A stretch of DNA of 64,000 nucleotides from Chrysomallon squamiferum (taxonomy: Eukaryota; Animalia; Mollusca), in NCBI GenBank assembly GCA_012295275.1, contig CM022673.1, positions 6,014,001 through 6,078,000 of the forward strand, in the 5' to 3' direction. Positions 28,817-44,166 of the stretch are shown here, piece by piece (the first letter of the stretch is position 1; each line of letters opens with the position of its first letter). The notes under the pieces are model-generated. The model saw only the letters and a program-made list of their open reading frames with translations. It was not told where the DNA came from and ran no database searches. A program made the translations under genes and the position numbers.

Positions 28817-29410
28817 AAAAATCCAATGTGACTCCAGTCACATGCATTACTGTGAAATGCAGCAAAAACAACCATCAAAACAAAAGACAATAATTTAACG
28901 ACCCGGGTCATGTGCAGTACACTGAAATGCAGCAAAACAACCGTTTATTTAATGACCCAGGTTTTCAGCATTTACACTGAGGCGCAGCAAATGCATACAT
29001 TGAGTCTGGAATTAAGCCTAAAAACACATCACACATGACCGATGGAAACTACAATTACTTCATCAAACTGCAAAATCAACATTAAAATTACACATATCAA
29101 ATAGCAGGTTGAGGAAATTTAATGTTGCATGTGCCATGCGATAATAGTCCAAGCCACTGCTGTAGCTTTTAAACGTTTTTGTTTAAATGAAGATAAGAGA
29201 GTTTTTTTTAAAACAAAAAATAAAAATAAAAAGACAGAAATAATTTATATTGTTTTGTTTGTGTGTGTTTAAATGATTTTTTATAAAATCAGAAACAATT
29301 TATAATAAGTGTTGGTATTTCTCTATCTAGTTCACTCTAATTTTGCAGTTTTTCTTGTCTCTTCCATTCTCTGTGATTTTCTGTCTTTCATTTTATCTGT
29401 TTCTCTATCA

Positions 29411-29469
<59 letters not shown>

Positions 29470-30634
29470 ATCTTTATCATTCACACTCTTAAATACATCC
29501 ACATGCACATAAACACGCCTTTTCTTTTGCACCTCAAACACAAAACACAAACAACACACACACACACACTAATAACAGTACACACACACACTCATACACA
29601 ACACCCTTCCATAATCCTCCAAAAAAAACTCTTGATAACAAAACAATTTCTATCGATGATCATTGATTTCAAATGAGCATCCCCCAACAGCCAATGCGAA
29701 AAGCAAACATATTTCATCTCACAGGTTTTCCAGCATCCATTGTTATTGCAAGAACATCGATGTGTGAAAGAAATATCTTACACTGTAAGGATCTATATCT
29801 GGTGAGAGGAAAATGAAATGTCAATTGGAAGAAATGATTTAAAGAAGGAATCTGAGGATAGCTGTGGTGATATTTAAACTATTAGAATGCACACAAAACT
29901 TCAAATATGCAGAAAAACAAAACTGCATTTCTGAGAAAATATTTACAGAGAAAAATGGAAATCAATCCTGATAAAGAGATAAGAATAAGAAGAAAATTAA
30001 GATAATTTTTTTTTTTTTTTAATGTATTTAAAAAATGATATGTAAATATGTTTGAATGTATTTGTATGTGTAATTTGTCTACGTATTTGTATATGTGTGT
30101 ATATATCTGTGTTTTTATGTGTGTTCATATTTTATATTTGTATGTATTTGCATATATGTGTGTGTATATATGTTGGTGTATATCTGTATGTACACATGTA
30201 TTTATAAAATTATGTGTATATGCATGTGTGTATTTGTAGATATATGTATGTGTATGTACATATTAGTATTATATGTTTCTATGTATTTGTATATGTGTGT
30301 ATACATATGTGTATATTTGTGTCTATGTATATGTATATTTGTTTTGGGGTATGTGTAGAATTTTGAATCAGTATATCTTATTTGTACAGGTATGAGTTTA
30401 TAATGATAAAAATACCTGAGATTACAATATCTGTTTGTGTTAATGTGCTTAAACTAAGAAAACAACACATAAAAAAAAAAAAAAACATGAAAAAAGAAAT
30501 CCAAACAAAATAAATTAAATACTGTAACAAAACAAAAGATTTTTTTTTTTTTTTTAGAAGAAAGAATGAAAGAAAGAAAAATAGTAATCCAAAGTAAATA
30601 AATTAAAAAATAAAATAAAACAAAACGAAAATAA

Positions 30635-30668
<34 letters not shown>

Positions 30669-31289
30669 AAAGAAAGAAAAAAGAACATGCAGTTTATCAA
30701 AATATTTTTCTCTTATCAGCCATTAAAGTCAGAACAGCACATTATCCTGAATATCAATGACAAAATCTGCATAAGCCAGGCAGTCTCAATCCATTAAACA
30801 GACCGCAAACAACCTGCAATCACCAACAGCAAAACATTAAGAGATAAAAACCCATTGGTTTGCTATTTCTATTTCACACAAAATGATTCTATTGACACAA
30901 ACATCCAGAAATCTATATATTTTTTTTGGTTATTTTTGTTATATCATTTATTTTTTTATTTTTTATAAATGTTTTGCTTTTCAATTATTTTTGTTGTTGT
31001 TGTTGTGAATGTTATTTAGTATTGTTATTATAATAATAATAATTATTGCTGTTGTTGTTGTTGTTTTTATTATTATTACTTAATAACTATTTAAAATATT
31101 TACTTTAATTTATTATTAATCTTGAAAATGTGGTTCTTCTTTTTTCTTTTTTCTTTGCATTTTGAAAACTTGACTATTCTCAGTCAACATAAACAGCATG
31201 AATCATTTAACTTTAGATTGATCTTTTTCATATTTAAATAATATTTATTTCCAAAATATAGATTTTTTTCTAGTTTTATTTTAATAATA

Positions 31290-31338
<49 letters not shown>

Positions 31339-31578
31339 TAATAATAATAATAATAAATGAACTTAAAAAACTAAATAATTAGATGTTATAATATTAATTT
31401 TTATTTATTTATTTATTCATATTTAATTTTTATTATTTTTTAATATTTTATCGATCAACAAATATTTATAATAAGGTTAGGGTCGGGGACACTATCTTAC
31501 AACCAACTTGGGAAATCTCTTATTATTAACAGATTATCTTCTGTTTATTTTTATTATTAAAAAAAACTGTACACTTAA

Positions 31579-31609
<31 letters not shown>

Positions 31610-31925
31610 GGTATTTTCTATTAGTAGCATTAAAAAAAAAAAAAAAAAAAATTATTTTGCATTTTAAAAACAAAGCTGTAGATTCCTCATTCCTAACAGA
31701 CAGTTTTAATCTACACTGCAAATAAAAATATAAAAATAAAAATAATAAATAAAAGTTTAAAAAAAAAAAAAAAAATGGTGTGAAAGACAAACAAATAACA
31801 AAAAAAAAATAAAAAAATAAAAAAATAAGGCAAAATAGACAAAGAATAAAAACTCTTTTTCTTTTTTTTTTCTTTTTTTTTTAATTTAAAACTCAATAGG
31901 GGACATCATTACTTTTAACATTAAC

Positions 31926-32037
31926 CTTTACAGAGAAATCTCACTAATGCAATGTAATGTGGCCAAAGTTTTTCTTCCTCACCATTAACACTACAGTAAT
32001 GACACACACTACAGACTTCACATTTATTTCTGTCCAT
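31926..32037 (-). CDS. Candidate alternative first coding exon upstream of the PAC exon
   Basis: ggaATGg start; MDRNKCEVCSVCHYCSVNGEEEKLWPHYIALVRFLCK+G; phase-1 donor AAG|gttaat (weak), compatible with exon 28005-28145; locally elevated GC and non-repetitive. Confidence 0.3.
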
Positions 32038-32562
32038 TCCCACTTTCTCGGGCTTCTCATGAAGTGCAGTTTGACAGATACCGATGTTCACAGCGATGCT
32101 GATGTTGTCTGGCAATATTGGATGTTTTTAACGAAAACTGCACTAACATAATTTTTGTCGTCATTTTCTTTTCTTTTCTTTCTTTTTTGTTTTCCTATTT
32201 GAAAAAATTTACATTTTACAAAACTGAAAATTACTTGTTATGCAATAAAACTAGTATTCAGCATTTTATGACATTTTAAAACATATGTAATGCAACCATT
32301 AATGCCTTGATTGGAGAGAATATTTAAGTGTTTTTGTCATAGATCATTTTTTCTATTTTTTTGTCTATTATTTATTTATTTATTATTGTTGTTGTTGTTG
32401 CTGTTGTTATTATTATTGTTGTTATTATTATTATTATTAATATTATTATTACTGGGATTTTAAAAGTTGTCTTTTCTTTTTTTATCTTACTTCGAGTGTT
32501 TTACATTTTATATTTTATTATTTCAAAAAATATTTTCATCAAACTTATTTGATTATTATTAT

Positions 32563-32633
<71 letters not shown>

Positions 32634-33023
32634 TTTTTGTTGTTGTATTTGTTTTTGTTGTTTTCTTTTTATTACACTATTATTTCATACTCAGATAAAA
32701 AATTAATTATTATTATTGTTAATTCAACTGGTTCATGTATATATTCATTTTTCACACATTTTCAGTGTTATTTTTCCAAAATATTAGCCATGTCAAATAT
32801 TAAAAATAAAAATGTATTTAATACGTCACCATTCAACAGTTCCTGCCATTACAGCACAAACTTTACACAAAGGAAAAAAAAAATAGAGAATTTAAAACAT
32901 CAAAAGAAAGATCAAATACAAAACAGTAAAAACAAAGACTCTGTTTTAAGTCCAAACACAGGATTCTGGTCTTATTGAGAGGTGATTTTAATAAATAATA
33001 AAATAAAGTAAGAAAATATATAC

Positions 33024-33059
<36 letters not shown>

Positions 33060-34480
33060 TGGAAAATATTAAAATAAAAAAAAGCAAACTACATTAAAAA
33101 AACCAATAAAAACACCTGTATGTTATAGTATTAAGATCAGAAAAGTAGTATGTTGTACTGTACTTTAACATTGCATTTTAATGTTTGTAATATATTCCTT
33201 TTATTGCAGTGTTTTATTTTATTTTATTTTATTTTTGTTTACTTTTCTTCTGATTTGCTTTATTCTTGTATTTTATTTTATTTTATTTTATTTTTATTTT
33301 TATTTTTATCGTATTTCAGTAAAAATAAAACTTGCTTAAAGCAACACTGAGTATTAATTACTATTTTGAGATATAACAGTCAAATTAAAATCATCGTTGT
33401 CTTTTCAAACTCTACAATTAATACCTCTTTAACTGTAGGGTTAGAACTGTATTCTTCATTTCCTCAGTTCTGTTTTTATTTTAAAACTTTTCACATATCT
33501 CCAGGGTAACAGCTCCATTTCAGAAATGGAGAAATGCAAGATGATTAAGTCATATTTATCTTTTTTATTTTATTTTCCTTATGTTGTTTAAAGTTAACAA
33601 TTTGAATCAGAATTTATATGTATGAATGCTTATATGTAAGAGAGAGACAGTACAAAAAAAGAGAAAGAGACAGAGAGAGAGAGAGAAAAAGAAAGAGGTA
33701 CAAAGAGGGAAGAAAGAAAAACAGAGTGACACAGAGAGACAGAGACAGAGAGAGAGAGAGACTGAGAGAAATACTCAGCTAGATATATAAAGATAATATA
33801 TTTTAATGGAAACAAGAATGAAATCTTAATTTAAGAGCATTTTCTAAATCCTTTCATTCTGAAACTCAAAAAAAAAAAAAAAACCCCACAAAAAAACCAC
33901 ACAAAAAAACAACATAACCTTTCTATTTTCATCATTAAATCAATATTAACACAAATTAAAATTTGAAACCAGAAGACAGCCTGATCACGAGAAACACCAA
34001 ATAGGATTGCATGTTTACTGTAACAGCAGTACACTCTGTTTTTTTTTTTTTTGGTTTTTTTTTGGTTTTAAACTAAAAACCATAACTGCCCTTGGCTATT
34101 TTACAGACAGAAGACAAAAATACAATTGCAGAACAAAATGAATGGGGTTGATCTTTAATCTGATGCATGTCTGTCAGGCCAAAAACCGGTGAAAACCAGT
34201 TGACAGTTTTCTGGGATGATGACAGGCTGATCAGTGGTCTGATTAATATGCCACGCAGCCAGTGGCGGCATTGCGTGGCTGTCTGTTAAATTTAGCCTCT
34301 GATCAGTGCGGCAGGACCGAATTAATGTTTTACGATGTTGGAGAAATGAAAAGAAAATATCAGCTTCAAACAGAAATTAGAAAACACAGGATATTGGGCT
34401 CCGCTAACAGTGCAAGATGAATGATGTAATAAAAAAAAATATAAGAAGACAAGACCAGACAGTATGGTGTGAGAGGGATG

Positions 34481-34571
<91 letters not shown>

Positions 34572-36559
34572 CATGTGCAGAGAAAATGGTGAGAAATTGA
34601 GAGAGAAAGAGAGGGAAACAGACAGAAAAAGAGAAAGCAAGGTCAAATAGAAAGAAAGAAGAAAGACTCAGAATAGTGATATAAAAAGGATAAAACTTCA
34701 AGATAAAAAAAGGAAAAAAAAGAAAGAAGTAACTCTGCAATCTGATGAAGGATGTTACCGTATTATCATTACTGCAAGATTACAGTGTTATTATCATGTC
34801 AGGGAGGTAACCGTACAATCAAACAGGGAGGGGGTGGGCATTATTGTAACATCCCCACTGTAAGATGTCATTATGGTGTCCAGATCCTGTTGTTATTGTC
34901 ATCAGATGCAAATGAACTTTCTCTCTCCAGGGTCATTGACAAGATCCGAGTATTGCTCTTCCACCACGAACCACTATCAAAACAGGCACTTGAACCCTCA
35001 TCAGTGTAATTTCACTGGAAGATTTTTTTTTTTTTCTTTTTTCTTACAGTTTCTTCAACAGCAATCACTTTCAATTAAACTGCATCTGCCTGATTTTCTA
35101 AGATACACATCATCTACGGTAATGGCTACCTTCGGATACTGTCCTTCCAAGAGACAAGCCAATTTCGGTGTTGCCAGGATGATGTTTTGTACCAGGCAAT
35201 TAAGGGAACAATTTTCAGTTTGACCCCCACTACTTTTCTTCCTCAGAGCGTTTGTACCTTTCTGCACCAGTCTGAATATTTCTCACTTCCCATGAACTTG
35301 GCCTCATAAAGAACTAGTCTGTAGACTTTTACATAACGCTGAAGTTCAAACTTCTGAATGACATTTTGCTGAATTACGGTCTGAATGTGTAAAGATATCC
35401 AGCTAGTTTATAATGTCTCGTATATCAGAATTGTTCAGAGTCTATGGGAAGGTACACATAAAAACTGCTTGCTGTTAATTAGCAAGAGTAACCTATGGTT
35501 AAAAGAGGTTTCGTTTTGGAATGTTATTATCAGAACATTCAGATTCTTTCACAACAACTGTTTGTATTAAATTACAGTCAGAGGTCATTAAAAAGAGTTT
35601 AATTTCACTTCATTTATTTCAGATTAAATGGTACATAAATAAAAAGCAAATTTATAAAATACAACTACAAACAGACATGTACACACATTTTCTCTCAGAT
35701 ACACTCACACAGAAAAACAGACATACATACATACTGACCAACACACACACACACACATACACATAGACACACACACACACACAGACACACAAACACACAC
35801 AGACACATACACACAAACTCACAGAGGATTTTACACCCACTCGCACACACAAAACAAATCCTCCCAACTCACACCATGTTATTTCTAACATTATTAGCTG
35901 TCTTGTTTTATCACTATTAATTTGTTTTTCCCCAGCACAATCAAACAAAACAGCAACAACGCATTTCCGAACCCAAATCCCATTCACCGAAAAAAGAAAC
36001 TTTCCTTAAACCCGTAATCCCACTGATGCAAGAACAAGCATCTTAATAAGCTTTATCCCTGGAATCCCTGCGTTTAATCATTTCATTTACACCAGCCGTC
36101 ACTGTCCTCAGAAACAGAACAACGAACTTAAACGGGATTCACACTACAAACTAATTCAAACGTATTCTTTCCATTTGAAAGGAGAAAAATCAGTGTAAAC
36201 ACAGTTAATTGACAACTTTTACAATTGTCAAAGTGTATCCCCAAGCCTCAAAGGGGTTAAAAAAAAAAAAAAAAAAAAAAGAAGTTGAAAATCAATAAAT
36301 GTCAAATTTACATGTCTTTTCTTTGGCTGTGAAAATTTAATTTCTTTGAAATAGAGTAAAAGTTTCCAATAAAATTGCGTTCCAGTGATTAAAAAAAAAA
36401 AAAAAAAAAAAAAAGTTAATAAAATTGTATGTGTGAACTTTGCTGAAATCTTCAATCAGATATAGAAATGTAAATTGATTTTTGTTTTTTGTGAAAACCA
36501 TTGTGATGTAGGTTATTTGGATTTGCTTAGATACAAACAGTGTAGAATGATAGAGAATA

Positions 36560-36635
<76 letters not shown>

Positions 36636-37565
36636 TTAATGATAGTCCCTCTGTCTCATCAATTCCATTCAGTGCCACACAATATGTTTCCCATTCCAAA
36701 TAGGGTCTCTTCAGTTATTTTAAAATGTGGTAACACATTTCATTCTATTTTAGAAATGTCTTTAAAAGATTTCTGCCTAAGGGAAACCCATCAAATACAA
36801 CAGTGATGTTTTGGGATTTTTTTCACTGAATTGTTATTATTATAATAATATTCACTAATAATAAGTGTTAAACATTTTTGTATGTCTTAAATAAATATTC
36901 ATTCATTCTTTTGGTTAGTATTATAAAGATTTTTTTGCACTGTATGTTAAATGCAAAATCATTTTCTTGGAAAGAAAAACTAAAACAAGAAACAAGAAAC
37001 AAACCAAAAAAAAATAAAAAATTCCAAAAATAAAAAATTTAAAAATAAAATCAACAAAAAAACAACAACAAAAAAACAGCAGTTGTGAGAAGTATAATTT
37101 AATTTAACGTTTTTCTTCTTTTCCATTTTAAAAAAAAAAAATTGTCGAAGATTCCAGTATTTTAACTGTATATCATGAAACAAGTGATGAAATCTCTTGA
37201 TGAAGAAAAACCAAAATGGTTACAATTACTTTCATGTAATTATTGCCCTGTCAGAAGTTTTAAATTAAAGTGACCGAATTAAAAAGAAAAAACCATTTTA
37301 AAAAAAAAACATCATTTTTTTTTAATGAACAGGATTTAAAAGTACATAAATGTTTTTAAAGAGATATTCGGTTTTTGTTTGTCTTTTAGATGATGAGGTT
37401 TCTGACACTGAAAAATGGTTGTTTATTTCTAAAGGTTAGAAATGGAGTATGGTTTCTCATATCTTATTAAGAATGAACACTGGAAAGTGGTTTCAGTGTT
37501 TATTTTATAGGTTAATATTTGCCTAATTTCATTGATATTCATCTCTCTTATGTTTCATTAAGAGT

Positions 37566-37637
<72 letters not shown>

Positions 37638-38650
37638 TTATAAACAAATAAAACTAAAAACTCAGTTTGACATTTAAGATAATTAATTATTTCATTTTTA
37701 TTTCAGCTCTACTCTCATTTTTAAATCTGTTTCTCATCTCATTAAATTATTGAACATTACTTCAATACTTTAATGAAGCTAAAAGTCATTGATGAAAATG
37801 TCAAAACGATATATATATATATATAAACAAATCAGGCCAAACAATATTTATTTAAAATTAGCCAATGAAAGCAGGCAAATATAATAATGAAAGTAAATAA
37901 GGAAGTAGACTGAAGGTCAAGGCTGTTCAGAAAATGTAGTAAACAGAGAAAACATGGCTTGTTTTGGGGAAAAGATGAAGGAATGAGAGAAGAAAAAGAT
38001 GAAAGAATAAAGGAAGAGGAATGAAGAAGGAAGAAAGGACAGTAATATGAATCAATAAGGAAGAGAAAGAAAAAAGAAAAAGAAAACAAGAAGAAGAAAG
38101 AAAAATAAATAGAAAAAGAAGAAAAAAGGAAAACAACAGGAAGAAGAATGGTGAAAGAAAAGAACAAACAAACACACAAAGAATGGAAAGAAAGAAATAA
38201 AAAGAAGTTGAAGAAGAAAACATTTAAAAAATTTTTTAGATTCAAATAAATTATCGACTAGATATGCAAATAAATCACAAAAAAAACAAAAGATAAGTTT
38301 AATGATTAAAATGAAACAGGAAATTCTTGTATTGACAGGCAGGTAAAAAAAAAATGAAGTGAACAAAAAATTGGTTAAGGAAGTTGAAATTAAGATAAAC
38401 ACACATGAAGATGAAAGAGGATATTAATTATACTGGAAGACAACAAAGCTGGTAAATAAATGCTTGATTCAAAACCAAACAGTGTGTGTCTTGATTCAGG
38501 GTTGTAAAATATTCACATTTCACAGGCAACACACTGATTATTTAACATCAACATGGACAGAACTCATTTTCTTTTTTTCCAAAAACTGTTTTAGGAATTT
38601 CATTGTTTTTAAATGCATTTCCTCTTCTTCTTCTTCTTCTTCTGATAATG

Positions 38651-38691
<41 letters not shown>

Positions 38692-39405
38692 TTTATTATA
38701 TATAGCCTATATATATAAATTATTTATTTACTTATTTTATTTTTATTTTTATATGGATGCTCTATTGTTGTTTTAATGGTTTGACTTTGCCACCATTATC
38801 AGTGTTCTTAGTACATAGGTACTAAAATTATTTATTTTTTTGTGTGTTTAATTATTTAATTATTTTCATTTATAACATGAACCATAAAAGTGTTCATTAA
38901 ATCTTAAATTTTTTTTCTCTTTGTTTATTTATTCATTTTTTTATCTAATTATTATTTAAATATAAAATTCAGTTATAAATTACAAAAAAAAAAAAAAAAA
39001 AAAAAAAAAGAAAACAAATTTGTTTACAAGGTTCAGAAAACATTAACCCCACACTGATCATATGTTAGGAAAACAGCATCTGCTAGCAAAACAATATTTA
39101 CCCAATCTGAGAGTATAAAACAAAATCTAAAGTTCATGTCTGAACAATTGCTGAAGATTAACACACTTTGAATAGCAAACAAAATGCATGTTGTTTTGAT
39201 CTCTGCAAATAGAACAAAAATAAAATAAAAAATAAAATAATAATAATAATAATAAAAGAAAAAAAGAAGAAGTTAGAACTGAATTAAGATTTTCACATTA
39301 ACTTCTTGTAGCACTGTTGAAATAAAAATGGAGGATTGAATGTAATCAAGTAATCAAGGATTTCAGGAAGATTTCCAATATATTGACCTGAATCTTTTTT
39401 TTCTT

Positions 39406-39450
<45 letters not shown>

Positions 39451-40714
39451 CCAGTGTTAACGAGCAGGCAATTTAAGATGTTTTATTTTATTTTATTTTA
39501 TTTTATTTTATTTTATTTTATTTATTAATTTTTGTTGTCATCATTTTTGTCATTTAATTAAATGTTCACAAGAGATATGGAACCTATGCAATTATATACA
39601 AGAATATTTTATTTTACTATTATATATATATATATTTTTTTTGTCCTGTTTTAACTAATTTTTTTTTTTTTATTAACTGATTTAAAATATTAAAAATTAT
39701 TTCTTATTCACACCTAAACGTGGATTGAGTGAGAGAGTGGGAAAAGAAGGAAACAGATAGACAGATGCAGAAAGTGAGTCATAGAGAAATGAGATGGCTA
39801 GAGAGAGAGAAAAACAGATAGATGCATAGACAAATAGATGGATAGACAGACAAAAACACGGAGTGACAGACATAGAGAGAATGACTGATAGACTGAGTGA
39901 TTGTTAGAGAAAAGGAGAGTTATAACTGGAATGAGAGAGGAAAAGAGAGAGAAATGAATACAGAGACAGAGAGACAATAAATTAGCTAGATGGTGAGAGA
40001 GAAATAGTGTGACAGTGAATGAAACATACAGAGAATAAAAGAGAGAGAAACAGAAATAGTGAGGTATCATATAATTATATAGAAAGAAGAAGACATTTAT
40101 TAAAACAAATAAGGTTCTATGTATTAAAACAAGCACATAGTATACATACACATACATACATCCAAAACTGAGTACAAATGTACACACATACACACACACA
40201 AACACACATAAATGTACAGACACACAGAAACATACACATATTTAGCTTAAATACATAAACTGATACACATTGAAATATAAAAACAAAACATTTCTTGATT
40301 ATTCTATGCTGTTGTAAAAATCACAAAGATGCTTAATATGCCATCATTGATATATGATTTTTAAAAAAAACCACAATAACAATTACATTTTGATTTTCAA
40401 GGTAATGCATATCTCCATTAAATCTGTTATTTCTCAAGATTGAAGCAAAGTAATTATGATTCCTGTTATTTTACTGCCCTCAGGCAAACCAATATGTTTC
40501 AAACTTCTCTTATATTGAACAATATTGTTTTTATTTTTTTCAGAATTAAATGGTTTGTAGAAATTTCTTTTCAACATGGTGATGTTTTTGGAGGATTGTT
40601 TTTTTTTTTTGCTCATGTTGTATGTTCTTAGTGTTGCTACTACTTCTGCTACAAATACAACTGCCACTACTATACTTACAGCAACATTATTTCTTATATT
40701 ACTAATACTGCTAC

Positions 40715-40913
40715 TGCTACTACTACTACTACTGCTGCTGCTGCTGTTACTGTTATTGCTACTAGTACTAGCACAGTTATGAATATTACTACTACAACTT
40801 GTGCTACTACTACTAATATTACTACTAGTGCTATTACTACTACTACTGCAATGACTAGTACTACTACTATTATCAACACTTTAATACTATTGCCATTACA
40901 GTTCCTACTATTA

Positions 40914-40946
<33 letters not shown>

Positions 40947-41115
40947 TTATTGCTACTAGTACTAGCAAAGTTATGAATATTACTATTACTACTTGTGCTA
41001 CTACTAGTGCTATTACTACTACTACTGTAATGACTAGTACTACTACTATTATCAACACTTTAATACTATTGCCATTACAGTTCCTACTATTACTACTACT
41101 ACTACTACTACTACT
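40715..41115. repeat. Tandem duplication (about 190 bp) of an (ACT)n-derived low-complexity block
   Basis: gttattgctactagtactagca.agttatgaatattacta...tatcaacactttaatactattgccattacagttcctactattactac is present twice. Confidence 0.85.
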
Positions 41116-42124
41116 AACTAATGCTACTACTACTTATGACCATTAATACAGCTACTTCTACTACTACTCCTACTATTATTACAACTAACAAGAATAATAA
41201 TACATTTTATTAACACTAGTCATTTTTATTTCAGAAGTAATTCTACTTTTTCAAAAGAAACTTCTATTTCATTGATGAACAGTTTCCCTCATTTTCCAGA
41301 CATCTTTCAATTCACTGCAATTTTTTGTTTTTTTCTAATATTCAATAAAAATTATTGCACAAAACCATGAAAATTTGTAACAGTGGAGCTTCTTAGATCA
41401 GGACAGCAGTGTACAGCATGCAGAGCAGAAGAACAGAACAGCAAGGGAAAGCAGGAATCAGAAAAGACTGTAAAATGTGGCAGATTTTACAGAGCTGGAT
41501 TGGAATCAGACTCCTACTAATACTCAGGATTTCACAGATTTCAACTCCACATCAAACTACACTCAACTGAGTATCATGTAGAAAAAAAAATGCAAACATT
41601 CCAAGCCATGTGCTTTGTCCACCACAAAGACCACCAGAGCTGATTGTCCACTACAGTGTCCACTTCCTTCTTAATGTCCACAGTCCACTCACAGGACAAT
41701 GGTCAGATCGATGCAGCACTCAAAGGGCCGATGTTTAATTGAAAGCCGATACACTGAAAGACATTCATTGTATCAAGCAGATGTCACAAGAGTGTTTCGT
41801 TTACAAATGAGTTAAACCTCTCTGAAGAGACCACTTGAATACTAAAGGCAGTTTTGATGAAAAGAATGGTTTGTTTTTACAAAAGTCAGTTTAACAAGGC
41901 AGGGATGTTCTCTAAATGGTTATTTATTCAGGTGTCTGTTACACAGAGTATGTCAATGGCGATTTTTTTCCTCATTTTCTCTTGCTCCTTTTTCCATCTT
42001 CTATATCTCTTTTTCTATCTTTCTCTTTATCTCTGTCTTTCAGACTTTCCCTCTTTCTGTCTCTTTCTTTTTCTCACTTTGCCTTTCTGTTTTTGTCTTC
42101 CTCCTTCCCTTCATTCTTATTTAC

Positions 42125-42207
<83 letters not shown>

Positions 42208-42969
42208 ATCTTCTCTCTCTTTATAAATCTATCTGTATTTTGAGATTTAATATTCTCATACTTAATATATGACTCATCCTTTTTCTATCAACTTTTATTT
42301 CTTTCTCTAATTCTGTATCTCATTCCTTTTTTTCTCTTTTTGTTTATTTCTGGCTTTTTCTCTGTAATCTTCTCTTTCTCACTCTAAAACCCTTGTACAT
42401 CAGTCTCTCTGGGTTTTCTCTCTCTCTCTCTCTGTCTTTCTCCTTTTCTACCTGTATCTGTCACTCTCTCTACTTCCATCTCTCACTCTCTTTCTTTCTT
42501 AATTATGTTATTAATATAAACATCAATTATTTAAATGACATCCTTCTATTTCAGACTAATTAATTTGAAACATAAATTACCTATGACCCACTTCAAACAC
42601 ATTATTGATAAAAAAAAAAAAAAAAAAAAAAGCTACCTGTATTTACCAAAGACAAATACAATTACTCCTGATTATCAAGCCTCTGTCAAAATTCAAACAC
42701 ACAATCCAAGAAGAACAAATTCATTTGCATCCACTGCACAGTTGTTACAGATACAATTCTGCCGAGGAAAGTCTTGTTTGCTGAGCAAATATTTAACTGT
42801 CATTAACAGCAATGGATAATGTTAGATTAAAACTGAAATAAAGCACAGTCGTCGAATTAAACCATTGTTGAGTAACAACTGAATCAACTGTTTGTTCGAC
42901 AAAATGGTGGTTTATTGATATTTTTACGTAAATGATTAAATAATAAATAAATAAATAAATAAATAATTA

Positions 42970-43260
42970 AGTATTATAGTAAGATATTAAGTTTTATTAT
43001 ATTAAATATAAAAGGTTTAGAGTAAAAAATATTATGTTTTTGTCATATTAAAACAAGGGCTTACAATAAAATATTAAACTTTATTATTATTAAAACAAGG
43101 ATTACAATGACATATTAAACTTTATTATTATTAAAGTAAGGATTACAATAAAATATTAAACTTTATTATTATTAAAACAAGGATTATGGTAATATAATAA
43201 GTTTTATTATATTAAAATGAGGTTTACGATTAAATAACAATTTTATTATATCAAAACAAA
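42970..43260. repeat. Degenerate AT-rich tandem repeat, period about 44 bp
   Basis: Recurring attaaaacaaggattacaataaaatattaaactttattatt. Confidence 0.8.
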
Positions 43261-43421
43261 TTAACTTATTTTATTTATTGTTATTTCAAATGTTTCTATA
43301 ATAATGATTTTTAGGGTTTAAATAAACACAACAAAAAATAAGCCTAATTCCATAATAATAAGTTTCATTTTATTGACAAATCAATATTTAATCATTTAGT
43401 TTGTTTTAACTCTATCAGTGG

Positions 43422-43444
43422 ACTACTACTACTACTACTATTAT

Positions 43445-43528
<84 letters not shown>

Positions 43529-43545
43529 AACTACTACTACTATTA
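43422..43545. repeat. (ACT)n microsatellite
   Basis: Trinucleotide run; complementary (TAG)n at 32562-32632 and degenerate (AGT)n at 56275-56480. Confidence 0.95.
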
Positions 43546-44153
43546 CTACATCCACTACAACTATTTTACAGCTAATGTTAATACTATTACAACTGTTACA
43601 ACTAGTACAATTACTATTGCTTCTGCTACTGGCACAACTATTACGACAGTTACACTAGTACAATTACTATTGCTTCTGCTACTGGCACAACTATAATTAG
43701 TATTGCTACTATTACTATTACTACTAAGACTATTGTTACTATTACAACCACTATTAGTATAACAACAAAAAATATTATTACTACTGTTACTAAAAAAAAT
43801 ACTGCTAATATTATTTCAACTATCATGACTAATATTACTATTGTTATTAGTACTAGTATAATGACTAAAAACAAATAATCATTATCATCATCATTATCAT
43901 CACCAACATTATCATCATCTGGATTTAAAGAACAAAATAAAAGTAACCCACATAACAACTTAAACAAATGAAATTCAGTCAAGCGGAAAGGATTCTTTTG
44001 CAGCTGGCAACCACATAAAAATAACTGGGTTTTTTTTTTCTCAGTAAATCTTTAACATTATCAGTAATCAAGCACTGTTTTAACAAATGATGCAAATAAT
44101 GGTGCTGACCTAAAGTTTCACTCAATTAACTTTTTGCAAATCTAACTTGTTTG

Positions 44154-44166
44154 GTTGCCAGGCAAC
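44154..44166. promoter_or_regulatory. RFX X-box-like palindrome
   Basis: GTTGCC-A-GGCAAC, two perfect inverted half-sites. Confidence 0.35.

Noticed and set aside
35055-35267. 70-aa non-repetitive minus-strand ORF
   Set aside because: No ATG, no convincing acceptor/donor pair in phase and no recognisable homology.
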